DNA of 64,000 nucleotides. It comes from Gammaproteobacteria bacterium (GTDB lineage Bacteria > Pseudomonadota > Gammaproteobacteria > Ga0077536). Positions 43,483 to 54,536 of this stretch are shown here, in pieces. Each line of letters opens with the position of its first letter. Positions within the stretch are counted from its first letter, which is position 1. The notes beneath the pieces are model-generated. The model searched no databases, had not been told where the DNA came from, and was given only the letters and a program-made list of their open reading frames with translations. The stretch covers positions 1,408,001 through 1,472,000 of the forward strand of contig CAXXLL010000003.1 of assembly GCA_963662545.2 (NCBI GenBank), in the 5' to 3' direction. Both the position numbers and the translations under genes were made by a program.

Positions 43483-43728
43483 GACCGCTTCCGAGCGCAT
43501 TGCTGACGTAACGGTTAACCGTGCTGCATTGCGGCTAGAAGGCGGCTGACGACCCAGACTGTGTGAAAACTATTTTCATTTTTCAAAAGTGGGGGAACTA
43601 CCCTCGAAATTGGATCTATTGAAATGCCGATCCCTATTCGAGGGGCATAACAACTATGCTGGTGGGGAATATTTTTATTTCGTCGTCTATTTTTGAGTTT
43701 TCACACAGTCTGGACCCACAGCGGACCT
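43483..43728 (+). repeat. composite palindromic repeat, copy 3 (units Y-Z); Z carries a MITE
   Basis: Y at 43483, Z at 43541 (58 bp apart); conserved linker GTAA....GTGCTGC. Confidence 0.75.
43555..43712. mobile_element. IS1182-type MITE (158 bp)
   Basis: IRs CAGACTGTGTGAAAACT / AGTTTTCACACAGTCTG, nearly identical to the IS1182 ends at 52206 and 53896; TSD GACC. Confidence 0.88.
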
Positions 43729-43846
43729 CCATACCCAAGCCGATTAAGCTCAAATTCAGTGGCGCTTGGGCCGGAGTCCTACCGAATACATGCCTAGCTC
43801 CAGGTAATGATATAGTCCTCGACCGGCAACTTCAGAGGGGCGCATC

Positions 43847-44167
43847 ATGAATTACCGTGTGTTAATGCTTTTCGTAGCGGGCCTGTTTCTCAGCGCCTGT
43901 GGGGACGACGAAGCGGCGATACAAGCTAATGTACCAACTGAGTCGGAGGAACGCGTGTTCTTCGATCCTGCCGATGGGGGCGACATTATTGTGGGCGAAG
44001 ACGGGCAGATCGTTAAGATTCCGGAAGAAGAAACGAGCGAGTGGGCCAGATCGCCCACGGGAACGTCGGACGAATCAAGGTCCATAGACATTTCCGAAGT
44101 GGCACATAACGTTGCGGGCGAAGACGAGCAGATCGTTAAGATTCCGGAAGAAGAGGGCTCGGAATGA
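43847..44167 (+). CDS. small acidic lipoprotein with internal repeat
   Basis: Lipobox LSAC; GEDxQIVKIPEEE occurs twice. Confidence 0.75.
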   Translation: MNYRVLMLFVAGLFLSACGDDEAAIQANVPTESEERVFFDPADGGDIIVGEDGQIVKIPEEETSEWARSPTGTSDESRSIDISEVAHNVAGEDEQIVKIPEEEGSE

Positions 44168-44492
44168 CCCCGGTAGATCAAAGCTAAGAACAACGAGTTG
44201 GGGTCTTGCGTTTCGTCTCGATCTCTTTTTGCCTCGTCCAAAGAAAAAGGCAATACCTGACGCGATCTTCGGACAGGCATGATCTCCGCGATCCAATTGA
44301 GATGCGGCTTCGTACTCGGTGAATAGAAGCCGCCGCCTTCGTCAAGTCCGAACCCGCCTTCGACCACGGTAGTCCCGCGCCGTCTCGTATGCCGCCGCGT
44401 AACACTCACAGGGTTGAGGTTCCAGCCACAGTCAAACGTCCTGGTTGGACGAATTGTTATACGACATCATCTTGGCGCGAGTTAATTAGCTA

Positions 44493-46179
44493 GTGTGCAT
44501 CCCTAAACGCGATGCGGTTGAAATAAAAAGGAAAATTTGTCGCTTAAGGGATCGAAACCTCCGGTGGGTCGTGATCTAATGGAACTTCAAACCTCTGATT
44601 TTCCACACAATCATCGACACCACAGGAGGGGGAATGCGTCAGAAACGCACGGCCCAAGCGAGTATATACGAGCTGTTTGCTGACCATGACCTGGGGCGAG
44701 AGCTGCAGGGCATGTCCGAGTGGCTCGATGCTCACCCCAAGGTCCTCACGCCGGTCATGAACGATCTGTGTCGGCGGGGTTTGAAGCCCACCGGTCGACG
44801 CGGACTGTCGGCGGAGTCGGTGCTGCGCTGCGCGGTGCTCAAGCAGCACCGGCAATTGAGTTACGAGGAGCTGGCCTTTCACCTGCAGGACTCGGCGAGC
44901 TTTCAGGCCTTCGCCCGGTTGCCGGGTAATGAACGTCCGAAGAAGTCTGCCTTACAGCGGGTGGTCTCGGCGATCCAGGTATCGACGTGGGAGTCTATTC
45001 ATCGCGCCCTGCTGGCGACGGCGAAAGAGACGCGCATTGAGCCGGCACAGCGTGTACGGATTGATAGCACGGTAACGGACAGTGCCATCCACGCGCCGAG
45101 CGACAGTCATCTGCTGTGGGATGGCGTGCGTGTTGTGGTTCGTCTGCTCGCACAGGCGCGCGAGTTGCCTGGCGCGCCGGAGTTGTGCTTCGTGAACCAC
45201 ACTCGATTGGCGAAGAAGCGTGCGCGGGCGCTGTGGTATGCGCGTGGTGCGAAGCAACGCCAACGTCTGTATCGCGATTTGATTGGGGCGACGCGTTCAA
45301 CCTTGGAAGCGGTAGCGAGGGTACGTGAGCAGCTGCTGAGCCCGGGCGTCACCGGCGTTGAACTGCCGGACTGGCTAGCGCAGGTAGCGCACTACGAAAC
45401 ACTTGTTCTGCAGGTGATTTCGCAAACTGAGCGGCGGGTGTTCGGCGGTGAGAAGGTCCCCGCGAGCGAGAAGTGCGTGAGCTTGTTCGAGCCGCATACC
45501 GACATCATCATAAAGGGTGCGCGCGACGTTCAGTACGGACACAAAATCAATCTGGCTTCGGGGCGCAGTGGCCTCATCCTCGACGTGGTCATCGAGCGAG
45601 GCAATCCGGTCGATAGTCAGCGCTTCATGCCGATGCTCGAACGGCATCGAACACACTACGGGACGATGCCACGACAGGTCGCCGCCGATGGCGGCTATGC
45701 GAGCCTCGACAATCTCCGGGCGGCGAAAGCAGAAGGCATCGAAGACGTTGCCTTCCACAAGAAGCGCGGGCTCGCGATCGCCGACATGGTCAAGAGTCAG
45801 TGGGTCTATCGACGCTTGCGCAACTTCCGCGCCGGCATCGAGGCCGGTATCTCCTGCCTGAAGCGTGCATACGGATTGGCACGTTGCACCTGGAAGAGCC
45901 TGCCGCACTTCGAAGCCTACGTGTGGTCTTCTGTGGTCGCCTACAACCTCAGCCTGCTCGCGCGCTATCAACTCGAATAGCGACGTTCACTCGCACTAAC
46001 TGACCTCCTCGATATCGTCGAACGGGCGACTTTGGGTTGCAGCGCTCTGCGGCCGGCGAACGTACTCACAATTACGCTCGAAGAGCCCTTCGACCCCCAC
46101 CGAACCGCCGCTACCGCTGACCTACTTTCAACACCTCCTCCGTGCCCATCGAAGAAAATGCCTGTTTATGGACGGACAC
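44493..46179 (+). mobile_element. ISNCY-type IS, array B copy 1 (transposase 44634-45980)
   Basis: Same element as array A; TAGCTA at 44487-44492 and 46180-46185; 10 bp lost near the 3' end. Confidence 0.93.
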
Positions 46180-46185
46180 TAGCTA

Positions 46186-47852
46186 GTGTGCATCCCTAAA
46201 CGCGATGCGGTTGAAATAAAAAGGAAAATTTGTCGCTTAAGGGATCGAAACCTCCGGTGGGCGTGATCTAATGGAACTTCAAACCTCTGATTTTCCACAC
46301 AATCATCGACACCACATGCGTCAAGCGAGTACGAGCTGTTTGCTGACCATGACCTGGGGCGAGAGCTGCAGGGCATGTCCGAGTGGCTCGATGCTCACCC
46401 CAAGGTCCTCACGCCGGTCATGAACGATCTGTGTCGGCGGGGTTTGAAGCCCACCGGTCGACGCGGACTGTCGGCGGAGTCGGTGCTGCGCTGCGCGGTG
46501 CTCAAGCAGCACCGGCAATTGAGTTACGAGGAGCTGGCCTTTCACCTGCAGGACTCGGCGAGCTTTCAGGCCTTCGCCCGGTTGCCGGGTAATGAACGTC
46601 CGAAGAAGTCTGCCTTACAGCGGGTGGTCTCGGCGATCCAGGTATCGACGTGGGAGTCTATTCATCGCGCCCTGCTGGCGACGGCGAAAGAGACGCGCAT
46701 TGAGCCGGCACAGCGTGTACGGATTGATAGCACGGTAACGGACAGTGCCATCCACGCGCCGAGCGACAGTCATCTGCTGTGGGATGGCGTGCGTGTTGTG
46801 GTTCGTCTGCTCGCACAGGCGCGCGAGTTGCCTGGCGCGCCGGAGTTGTGCTTCGTGAACCACACTCGATTGGCGAAGAAGCGTGCGCGGGCGCTGTGGT
46901 ATGCGCGTGGTGCGAAGCAACGCCAACGTCTGTATCGCGATTTGATTGGGGCGACGCGTTCAACCTTGGAAGCGGTAGCGAGGGTACGTGAGCAGCTGCT
47001 GAGCCCGGGCGTCACCGGCGTTGAACTGCCGGACTGGCTAGCGCAGGTAGCGCACTACGAAACACTTGTTCTGCAGGTGATTTCGCAAACTGAGCGGCGG
47101 GTGTTCGGCGGTGAGAAGGTCCCCGCGAGCGAGAAGTGCGTGAGCTTGTTCGAGCCGCATACCGACATCATCATAAAGGGTGCGCGCGACGTTCAGTACG
47201 GACACAAAATCAATCTGGCTTCGGGGCGCAGTGGCCTCATCCTCGACGTGGTCATCGAGCGAGGCAATCCGGTCGATAGTCAGCGCTTCATGCCGATGCT
47301 CGAACGGCATCGAACACACTACGGGACGATGCCACGACAGGTCGCCGCCGATGGCGGCTATGCGAGCCTCGACAATCTCCGGGCGGCGAAAGCAGAAGGC
47401 ATCGAAGACGTTGCCTTCCACAAGAAGCGCGGGCTCGCGATCGCCGACATGGTCAAGAGTCAGTGGGTCTATCGACGCTTGCGCAACTTCCGCGCCGGCA
47501 TCGAGGCCGGTATCTCCTGCCTGAAGCGTGCATACGGATTGGCACGTTGCACCTGGAAGAGCCTGCCGCACTTCGAAGCCTACGTGTGGTCTTCTGTGGT
47601 CGCCTACAACCTCAGCCTGCTCGCGCGCTATCAACTCGAATAGCGACGTTCACTCGCACTAACTGACCTCCTCGATATCGTCGAACGGGCGACTTTGGGT
47701 TGCAGCGCTCTGCGGCCGGCGAACGTACTCACAATTACGCTCGAAGAGCCCTTCGACCCCCACCGAACCGCCGCTACCGCTCCAACAACCTACTTTCAAC
47801 ACCTCGATTTCTCCGTGCCCATCGAAGAAAATGCCTGTTTATGGACGGACAC
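46186..47852 (+). mobile_element. ISNCY-type IS, array B copy 2 (5' deletions remove the RBS and part of the N-terminus; ORF 46375-47643)
   Basis: 30 bp shorter than the 1697-bp unit; TAGCTA at 47853-47858. Confidence 0.9.
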
Positions 47853-48166
47853 TAGCTAGGCATCATCGCTCGCACTAAAAAAAACACCGGCAGTATACAC
47901 AAAAGAATATAACTCGCGATTGCTTTTCGGCTTGTCCTATATTTGGATTTATTCACCACGAGTTTCAAGATTGCCAGCAAGCCCCGAAACCAGTATACGA
48001 GAGCGCACATTACGGCGAGCGCGTTTAGCATGACCAATCCTGCTGGAGGATCATCGCCAGGTGTGCGATAAACAATGCTGAGCGCAATTCCTAATAGCAA
48101 TACGCCGCCAAGAGTTCCGTACAGTGCACTGTTTAGAATCTTAATTTCTGGAGCCGCTTCATTCAT
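47852..48166 (-). CDS. small membrane hypothetical protein
   Basis: Three hydrophobic segments; the IS inserted at its stop codon (TAA replaced by TAG). Confidence 0.7.
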   Translation of the reverse strand: MNEAAPEIKILNSALYGTLGGVLLLGIALSIVYRTPGDDPPAGLVMLNALAVMCALVYWFRGLLAILKLVVNKSKYRTSRKAIASYILLCILPVFFLVRAMMPS

Positions 48167-48276
48167 TTTTGGGTCACATCTTTATTCGAAACTCAATTAC
48201 AATGTTGTCACGTTCTCGGTGCCACCAAAAGTTGGCAATCTAGAGCGAAGAAGATTATGCACTTAACACTGGCTCC

Positions 48277-48549
48277 ATGATTCGCTTCCTAATCGTGCTG
48301 GTCCTCGCGTTCGTGACCGTGACTGCGTCGGCTGAGCCACTACCGCTCGGCGCTCATTCGCGTGCAGATGAGCTTCGGCTGAGGCGGGGAGATGTCGATG
48401 CCGCCCGGCATATAGAGCACGAGCGGATCCGCCTTGAAAGCGAACGGCTCAAATTGGACAGCGCCCGTATACAGCTCGATAACGGAAAGATTGAGCGCGA
48501 GCGCCGCGCGCCGAAATCGCGCTACAACTTGCCGCTTATTGGGGAATGA
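48277..48549 (+). CDS. small secreted hypothetical protein
   Basis: Signal peptide, charged coiled-coil-like body; overlaps the next start (ATGA). Confidence 0.6.
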   Translation: MIRFLIVLVLAFVTVTASAEPLPLGAHSRADELRLRRGDVDAARHIEHERIRLESERLKLDSARIQLDNGKIERERRAPKSRYNLPLIGE

Positions 48550-49637
48550 CGGAGATAGGTTTAATTCCCCGGATGAAGCGTAGCGTAATCCGGGGAAACT
48601 TAGTCGCCGGTCTCCTATTTCTGGCAGGTTGCAGTAGCGCACCCGTTCAGGCGCCCGGCAAGGCTTGGCATCATCTCAATAATGGCCAATTTCGCAATCC
48701 ACCAGGAAGCCCCACTAGCACGGCGACCTTCGGCGATCTGACGGCATTCTTCTGGCGGCGTGCACGCGCTAAACCACCGACAGTACCGACCGATCATGTC
48801 ATCCCACAGGCGGACGCATTGGCAGCGTATGAGGCCACCGCAAACCAGGACACCGCGACGTGGCTTGGTCACGCTTCTTTTCTCTTGCGGCTCGAAGGTA
48901 AAACCGTTCTGACCGATCCCTACCTCACGAAGGTAGCCGGGCCCTTCGGTTTCGGCCCCAAGCGTTACGTCGCACCGGGCTTACCGCTCGATCGCTTGCC
49001 ACCGATCGACATCATCCTTGTCAGCCACAATCACTACGACCATCTGGACGCGAAAACCGTCGAGGCACTGCCCGGGAAGGAACGCATACACGTCGTGGTT
49101 CCGCTGCGCTTAGGAGATTTCTTCCGCGAGCGGGGGTATGTCAACGTGCATGAGAATGATTGGTTCGAACGCGTTGTGATCGACGGTATCGAGATCGAAG
49201 TGCTGCCGGCGATACATTTTTCACGCCGGGGCCTGTTCGATCGTAATCGAACACTATGGGGCGGTTTCGCTATCCGCGCCGGCGGGCGAAGCATATACCA
49301 CTCGGGCGACACCGGTTACGGACCCATCTTCAGCGAGGTGAATCGGCGCTCCGGGCCATTCGACCTCGCGCTTATCGCGATCGGTGCATATAAGCCGCGG
49401 TCCATAATGCGGCGCTCGCACGTGACGCCCGAACAAGCTGTGCAACTCGTCGACGACATCGGCGCTAAAAGAGCCATAGGTATGCACTGGGGCACCGTGG
49501 AACTGACCGACGAGCCACACTTCGAGCCGGGGAAACGTTTTCTTAAAGCCGCGCACGCGGCAGGTTGGATAGAAGGGCGCGCTCGAATCATGAAAATCGG
49601 AGAAACACTGGTGCTTTCACCACTTACCGCCAGTTAA
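48546..49637 (+). CDS. MBL-fold metallo-hydrolase (NAPE-PLD/RomA-like), probable lipoprotein
   Basis: WLGHAS, SHNHYDHLD, GDTGY, GMHWGT; LAGC lipobox. Confidence 0.92.
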   Translation: MTEIGLIPRMKRSVIRGNLVAGLLFLAGCSSAPVQAPGKAWHHLNNGQFRNPPGSPTSTATFGDLTAFFWRRARAKPPTVPTDHVIPQADALAAYEATANQDTATWLGHASFLLRLEGKTVLTDPYLTKVAGPFGFGPKRYVAPGLPLDRLPPIDIILVSHNHYDHLDAKTVEALPGKERIHVVVPLRLGDFFRERGYVNVHENDWFERVVIDGIEIEVLPAIHFSRRGLFDRNRTLWGGFAIRAGGRSIYHSGDTGYGPIFSEVNRRSGPFDLALIAIGAYKPRSIMRRSHVTPEQAVQLVDDIGAKRAIGMHWGTVELTDEPHFEPGKRFLKAAHAAGWIEGRARIMKIGETLVLSPLTAS

Positions 49638-49675
49638 CACGTCCGGCACAGCGGGAGAATGCGGTGCGGCATAGC

Positions 49676-51095
49676 AAAGGGGACAGATTTAGTTGCGGGG
49701 TTTACGTTCTATTCAAATAAATCTGTCCCTGAAGGCTCCCCACGAATTGAAGGAGAATTCACATAAAAAATAGCCATTTAGAAAAATAAATAGCGAACAA
49801 TAGGGAACATGCATGACGTTCGGTGATCAATAACGGTGACGAAACCAAATTGGTCACGGGAGAACGCCATGCATGCACTGAGATTGTTGCACAAAATAAT
49901 GGGGCAAGCCTGTCCGCAGATACACGCGGTAAGGCTAACGGCATTGATGGCGAGCGTTGAGGCGCTGCTGGTAGGTCGTCAGATGAGCTTAGCCGGTCTT
50001 GGTCGCGCCATGGTGTCGGGGGCGCGAGTCAAGCACAACATCAAGCGAGTCGACCGGTTAATTGGCAACCGTCATCTGTGGGGAGAACGAACGGAACTCT
50101 ATGGGGCGATGGCGGGGCTGGTGCTTGGACAAGGACCACGTCCGGTAATTATTCTGGACTGGTCGGATATGCGCGAAGATCGGTCATGGCAGTTGTTGCG
50201 TGCGGCGGTTCCGGTGGGAGGCCGTTCACTGACGCTCTACGAAGAAGTACATCCCTTGTCGGCGTATGACAACCGGGGTGTCAGGAAACGGTTTCTGGAG
50301 CGTCTTCGAGAGATCTTACCACCGGGGTGTCGCCCGCTCTTAGTCACGGATGCCGGCTTCCGGACGACTTGGTTTAGACAGGTCGAAGCAATGGGTTGGG
50401 ACTGGGTCGGTCGGGTCCGCGGGCGCACCCATTTCCGGCTGGACAACCAGGCAAGCTGGCAACCGTGCCGGACGTTGCATGCGATGGCCAACTCACGTGT
50501 GCGGCATATCGGGACAGTCGAACTAACGGTATCGAATCCATTGGCCTGTGACCTGTACCTGGTGAAGAAGAAAAAGCGTGGCCGTCAACAACTGACCTGC
50601 CGCGGCACGCGTGCCCGTGGTGGCCGCAGCCTTAGCTGTGAACGACGCCAGCGCGAACCCTGGATATTGGTCACCTCACTGGGGTCGCGCGCGGCCCAGC
50701 AGGTGATGCGGTGTTATCAGTTGCGCATGCAGATTGAGGAGAGCTTCCGGGATATGAAAAATGCCCGTTTGGGACTGCACTTCCGCAGCGCGCGTTCCAA
50801 CAGCGCCGAGCGGCTCTCGATCCTCGTCCTGATTGGTACGTTGGCAACATTAGTCGCTTGGTTAGTCGGCCAAGCGATGCAGCGTTTCGGGCTGCAGCGC
50901 CATTACCAAGCGAATACAACCCGGCATCGGCCGGTACTCTCCACCGTCTTTCTGGGCTTGCAAAGTTTTTGCAGGCAACCCGTAAAGCTTATGCTGGCGG
51001 ACATCAAGCAATCGATTATCGCCTTACACCAAATTACCGCAAACCCGTTGCGTTATGTGTAAGTTCGTGGGGATCCTTCAGAATCTGTCCCCTTT
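49676..51095. repeat. REP-like palindrome AAAGGGGACAGATTTA...TAAATCTGTCCCCTTT split by the IS4 element
   Basis: Left arm at 49676; right arm restored after removing the IS and one TSD. Confidence 0.7.
49729..51081 (+). mobile_element. IS4-family (IS10 group) IS; transposase ~49869-51062
   Basis: IRs CTGAAGGCTCCCCACGAA / TTCGTGGGGATCCTTCAG; 9-bp TSD AATCTGTCC; LDWS, TDAGF, YQLRMQIEESFRDMK. Confidence 0.94.
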
Positions 51096-51114
51096 AGTTG
51101 CAGAGCTTCGCCTG

Positions 51115-52059
51115 CTATAAGGATTTTGGATCCATGAACCCGTCGTCGTGCACAAGCCAGCGCACCAAATTCGGTTCCATCAGCTCTGTAATAAGCGATT
51201 CATACCGCCTGATCTGATCAGCGGTCAACACGCCTTCCCAGCGACGATTGGTGCCCTTGTGAAAGAAATTCTTACTGTCTTTCCACACCCCCCTACTGCT
51301 GCCCGGCGCACGCGTAGCGAAGTTGCGCTTCATCTCATCGAATGTGACCGACTGCACTAGCGCCGGCCAGACGTCCTCGTTTACCGGTATGTCGAGATAC
51401 GCGGCTATACGGCGCATCTGACCGTTCAGATCATCGAGCATATCGGCGAAATGAACACACAGGATATTGTCGAGGTGCCGGTAGTTCCACCACGTTTGTG
51501 CGTGATTATGGAGTGACCATGCCGGATAGCCGTCGCGTTCCCAGGGGTATAGGGATTTCGACATCCACTCATCGAACCCCTCGTTGATGTTTGTGGCAAC
51601 CGGCGGGACCTCGGGTCCTTTGCGTAGAGGATTATCGTTCAACGCCTGCACCACCTCCGGTTTCATGTTGCGGAAGTGATTCCACAGCGACATCCACACG
51701 TCGCGCCCGTCACGACCGACGAAGATGTAATGGACATTGTCGTAATAGGGCACTGCCGTGAGCGGTAAATGCGTCTTGACGTAACGGCGGTAGGTCATCG
51801 TTTCGACGCGGTCGAGGACGTCCTCAATGGGATGGTACATTGAGTCGATCCACGGTGAGAGTTCGTCCAGCGGTGCAGGAGGGTCCGGTGATTGAAAAAT
51901 AAGCGCCCCGCAGATCGCCTGTGTCCAGGTCGTGCCGCCTTTGTACGACGTCGAGATGATGACGTCACCGTCGCGCGGTTTGAAACCGTCCCAGCGCGTG
52001 CTGTCGAAGAACGTGTTCTGGTAAATACGAGTTACTTCTGGCAAGGAGGGCAACGACAT
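51115..52059 (-). CDS. PAPS-dependent sulfotransferase
   Basis: YKGGTTW (5'PSB), KTHLP, RDGRDVWMS (3'PB), FFHKG..RRW. Confidence 0.92.
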   Translation of the reverse strand: MSLPSLPEVTRIYQNTFFDSTRWDGFKPRDGDVIISTSYKGGTTWTQAICGALIFQSPDPPAPLDELSPWIDSMYHPIEDVLDRVETMTYRRYVKTHLPLTAVPYYDNVHYIFVGRDGRDVWMSLWNHFRNMKPEVVQALNDNPLRKGPEVPPVATNINEGFDEWMSKSLYPWERDGYPAWSLHNHAQTWWNYRHLDNILCVHFADMLDDLNGQMRRIAAYLDIPVNEDVWPALVQSVTFDEMKRNFATRAPGSSRGVWKDSKNFFHKGTNRRWEGVLTADQIRRYESLITELMEPNLVRWLVHDDGFMDPKSL

Positions 52060-52190
52060 TAAGTGCTCTCTCCATATTTTCTTAAGGTAACGGAACCGTA
52101 ACCCGTCCGGGAATCGATAATCAACTGACAAGAGCGATTGAAAACTTGGTTCTCGTCGTCGGACGGGCATAGCGGTTCCGGATTTGTGGA

Positions 52191-54027
52191 GGTCCGCTGT
52201 GGGTCCAGAGTGTGTGAAAACTCTGCATCAGATAAGATCTCCCTTTCGGTCCTGGGGAGTCGTCGATGAGCGGGTTCATTGAAGGCGCGGACCGCCGCCA
52301 AACAACGCTGTTTCCCGAGTGTCTGGACGATTATGTCGCTGAGGAGAGTGCGGTGCGGGTCATCGATGTGTTCGTCGATGAGTTGGATCTGTCAGGTCTG
52401 AGTTTCAGAACCGATGCGCATGAGACGGGTCGACCGGGGTATCACCCGGCGACGATGCTGAAGCTCTATATCTACGGTTACCTGAACCGGGTTCAATCGA
52501 GCCGTCGCCTGGAACGGGAGGCGCAGCGGAACGTGGAACTGATGTGGCTGACGGGTCGTCTGGCGCCTGATTTCAAGACCATTGCCGATTTCCGCAAAGA
52601 TAACGGTGACGCCATTCGTCTGGTATGCCGGGAGTTCGTGATGCTGTGCCGTAAGCTGCAGCTGTTTTCGGAAGCCTTCGTGGCGATAGATGGCAGCAAG
52701 TTCAAAGCGGTAAACAACCGTGACCGGAACTTCACGAAGGCGAAGCTGAAACGTCGGTTGCAGCAGATTGACGAGAGCGTTGAGCGGTACCTGGCGGAAA
52801 TTGCAAGTGCCGACCGCCAGGAGCGTGCGGTGTCAGGTGACAAGTCGCAGCGTTTGAAGGACAAGATCGAGGTACTGAAGGAAGAGATAGGCCGCCTAAA
52901 AAAGCTCGAGGTACGGCTCGAGGAGACGCCGGACCATCAGGTCTCACTGACGGACCCGGACGCGCGCTCGATGGCGACGAGCGGCCGTGGCAGCGGCATG
53001 GTGGGGTACAACGTGCAGACGGCGGTCGACACGAAGAGTCATCTGATTGTGGCACATGAAGTGACGAACGTAGGTCATGACCGGGCGCAACTGTCGAACA
53101 TGTCGGAGAAAGCCAAAGAGGCGCTGGATAAGAAGGAGTTGACCGTCGTTGCGGATCGCGGGTACTTCAGTGGCGAAGAGATCTTGGCGTGCGCTAAAGC
53201 CGGCATCACGACCTATCTGCCGAAACCGCAGACCTCGGGTAACCAGGCGAAGGGCTTGTTTGGCAAGCGCGACTTCATTTACCAACCCGAAGAGGATGCG
53301 TATGAATGCCCGGCCGGTGAGCGACTGATTTACCGGTTCACCCGAGTGGAGAAAGGCAAGCAGATCCGGCGCTACTGGAGTTCGGCGTGTCCCCGCTGCC
53401 CGATCAAATCTAAATGCACAACGGGTCGATACCGGCGCGTCAGCCGTTGGGAACATGAAGCGGTTGTTGAAGCGGTGCAGGCGCGATTGGATCGTGAACC
53501 TGACCCTATGCGTGTCCGCCGAGAGACGGTCGAGCATCCATTTGGCACGATCAAATCCTGGATGGGTTCGACCCACTTCCAGATGCGCATGCGCACGCTG
53601 AAACACGTTGGTACGGAAATGAGTCTGCACGTGCTCGCTTACAACATGAAACGCGTGATGAATCTACTGGGTGTCGCTACGCTCATCGAAGCGATGACGG
53701 CATGAGACCCTCTGTGGCCTCGAAAACTCCCTGATCCACGGCTTCACTGCCGGCTTCTGGGGCCGTTCTAAGGAATGTTCCATTAACTAACCGATCGCAT
53801 TGGACCGCGAGCGCGGCCGTCGTAACCGCGCCGCGTTGCGTCTGACGAGGAGTTCTCGACGTGATTCCTCTTCATTCCGAGTTTTCACACACTCTGGGTC
53901 GTCAGCGGCCCCATCGCGGCAGCGCAGCACTGTTAAGCATTACGTCTGCAGTACCCTCGTAAGCGGTCGTCGAGTAACTTTCAGTGGTGTGTTAACCGAG
54001 GATGACGGCTTGCGGCCAGGAACAGAC
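52191..54027 (-). repeat. composite palindromic repeat, copy 4 (units X-Y-Z, reverse strand); Z carries a full IS1182
   Basis: Unit starts at 54027, 53968 and 53910 (59 and 58 bp apart); Z completes at 52191-52205. Confidence 0.78.
52206..53896 (+). mobile_element. IS1182-family IS; transposase 52266-53705
   Basis: IRs CAGAGTGTGTGAAAACT / AGTTTTCACACACTCTG; TSD GGTC; GRPGYHP, PDFKTIADFR, VEHPFGTIK. Confidence 0.95.
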
Positions 54028-54044
54028 ATGCCACTCTCTGGGCT

Positions 54045-54536
54045 GCAAACCCTGAAGCGCGTTTTCAACATCGAAATCGAGATGATCATCGCAGCTGCAA
54101 AAGCTGCGGCGGCCACGTCAAGATCATCGCCTGCATCGAAGATCCGGTGGTGATTGAGAAGATCCTCACCCACCTCGAACGCCAAGATGCAACGGCCGCT
54201 GCCGCTCGTTTACCACCGTGTCGGGCGCCGCCCAAAGCGCGCTTGTTCGCCTGATAGACGCGCAACCACGCGAGTACGACCAGCAGCTGCGACACCGAGC
54301 GACGCGGCACGACTGCATGGACGCAGGAGGTAGAGCAACGCAGGGAGCGGTTGCCGAGAGTCGCTGTCGTGCCGCGGGTCGCAACCGTCGAAATATCGCG
54401 CTGAACTACAGGATTTCTCCCCGCTCAGGGGCGCAATTGCGGCCAACACCGCCTCGAAGCTCAGGTTGAAGACTGTTCGATGACCTGGCGATACCCGATG
54501 GAATTGCGGAAAAGGGCGTTTATTCGCCTTAGACTC
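54045..54536 (+). mobile_element. ISCR/IS91-like 3' relic with oriIS-like end
   Basis: LKRVFNIEIE..CGGHVKIIACIEDPVVIEKILTHL; near-identical to ~60960-61400. Confidence 0.8.

Noticed and set aside
41752-43728. CRISPR array (palindromes of ~24 bp with ~34-bp spacers)
   Set aside because: Units are degenerate and occur only in twos or threes, the linkers are homologous between copies, and there are no cas genes
11913-47852. Composite transposon or inversion bounded by the two oppositely oriented ISNCY arrays
   Set aside because: Each array restores its own local target on removal (dehydrogenase frame; stop codon of the 47852 gene), so they are independent insertions
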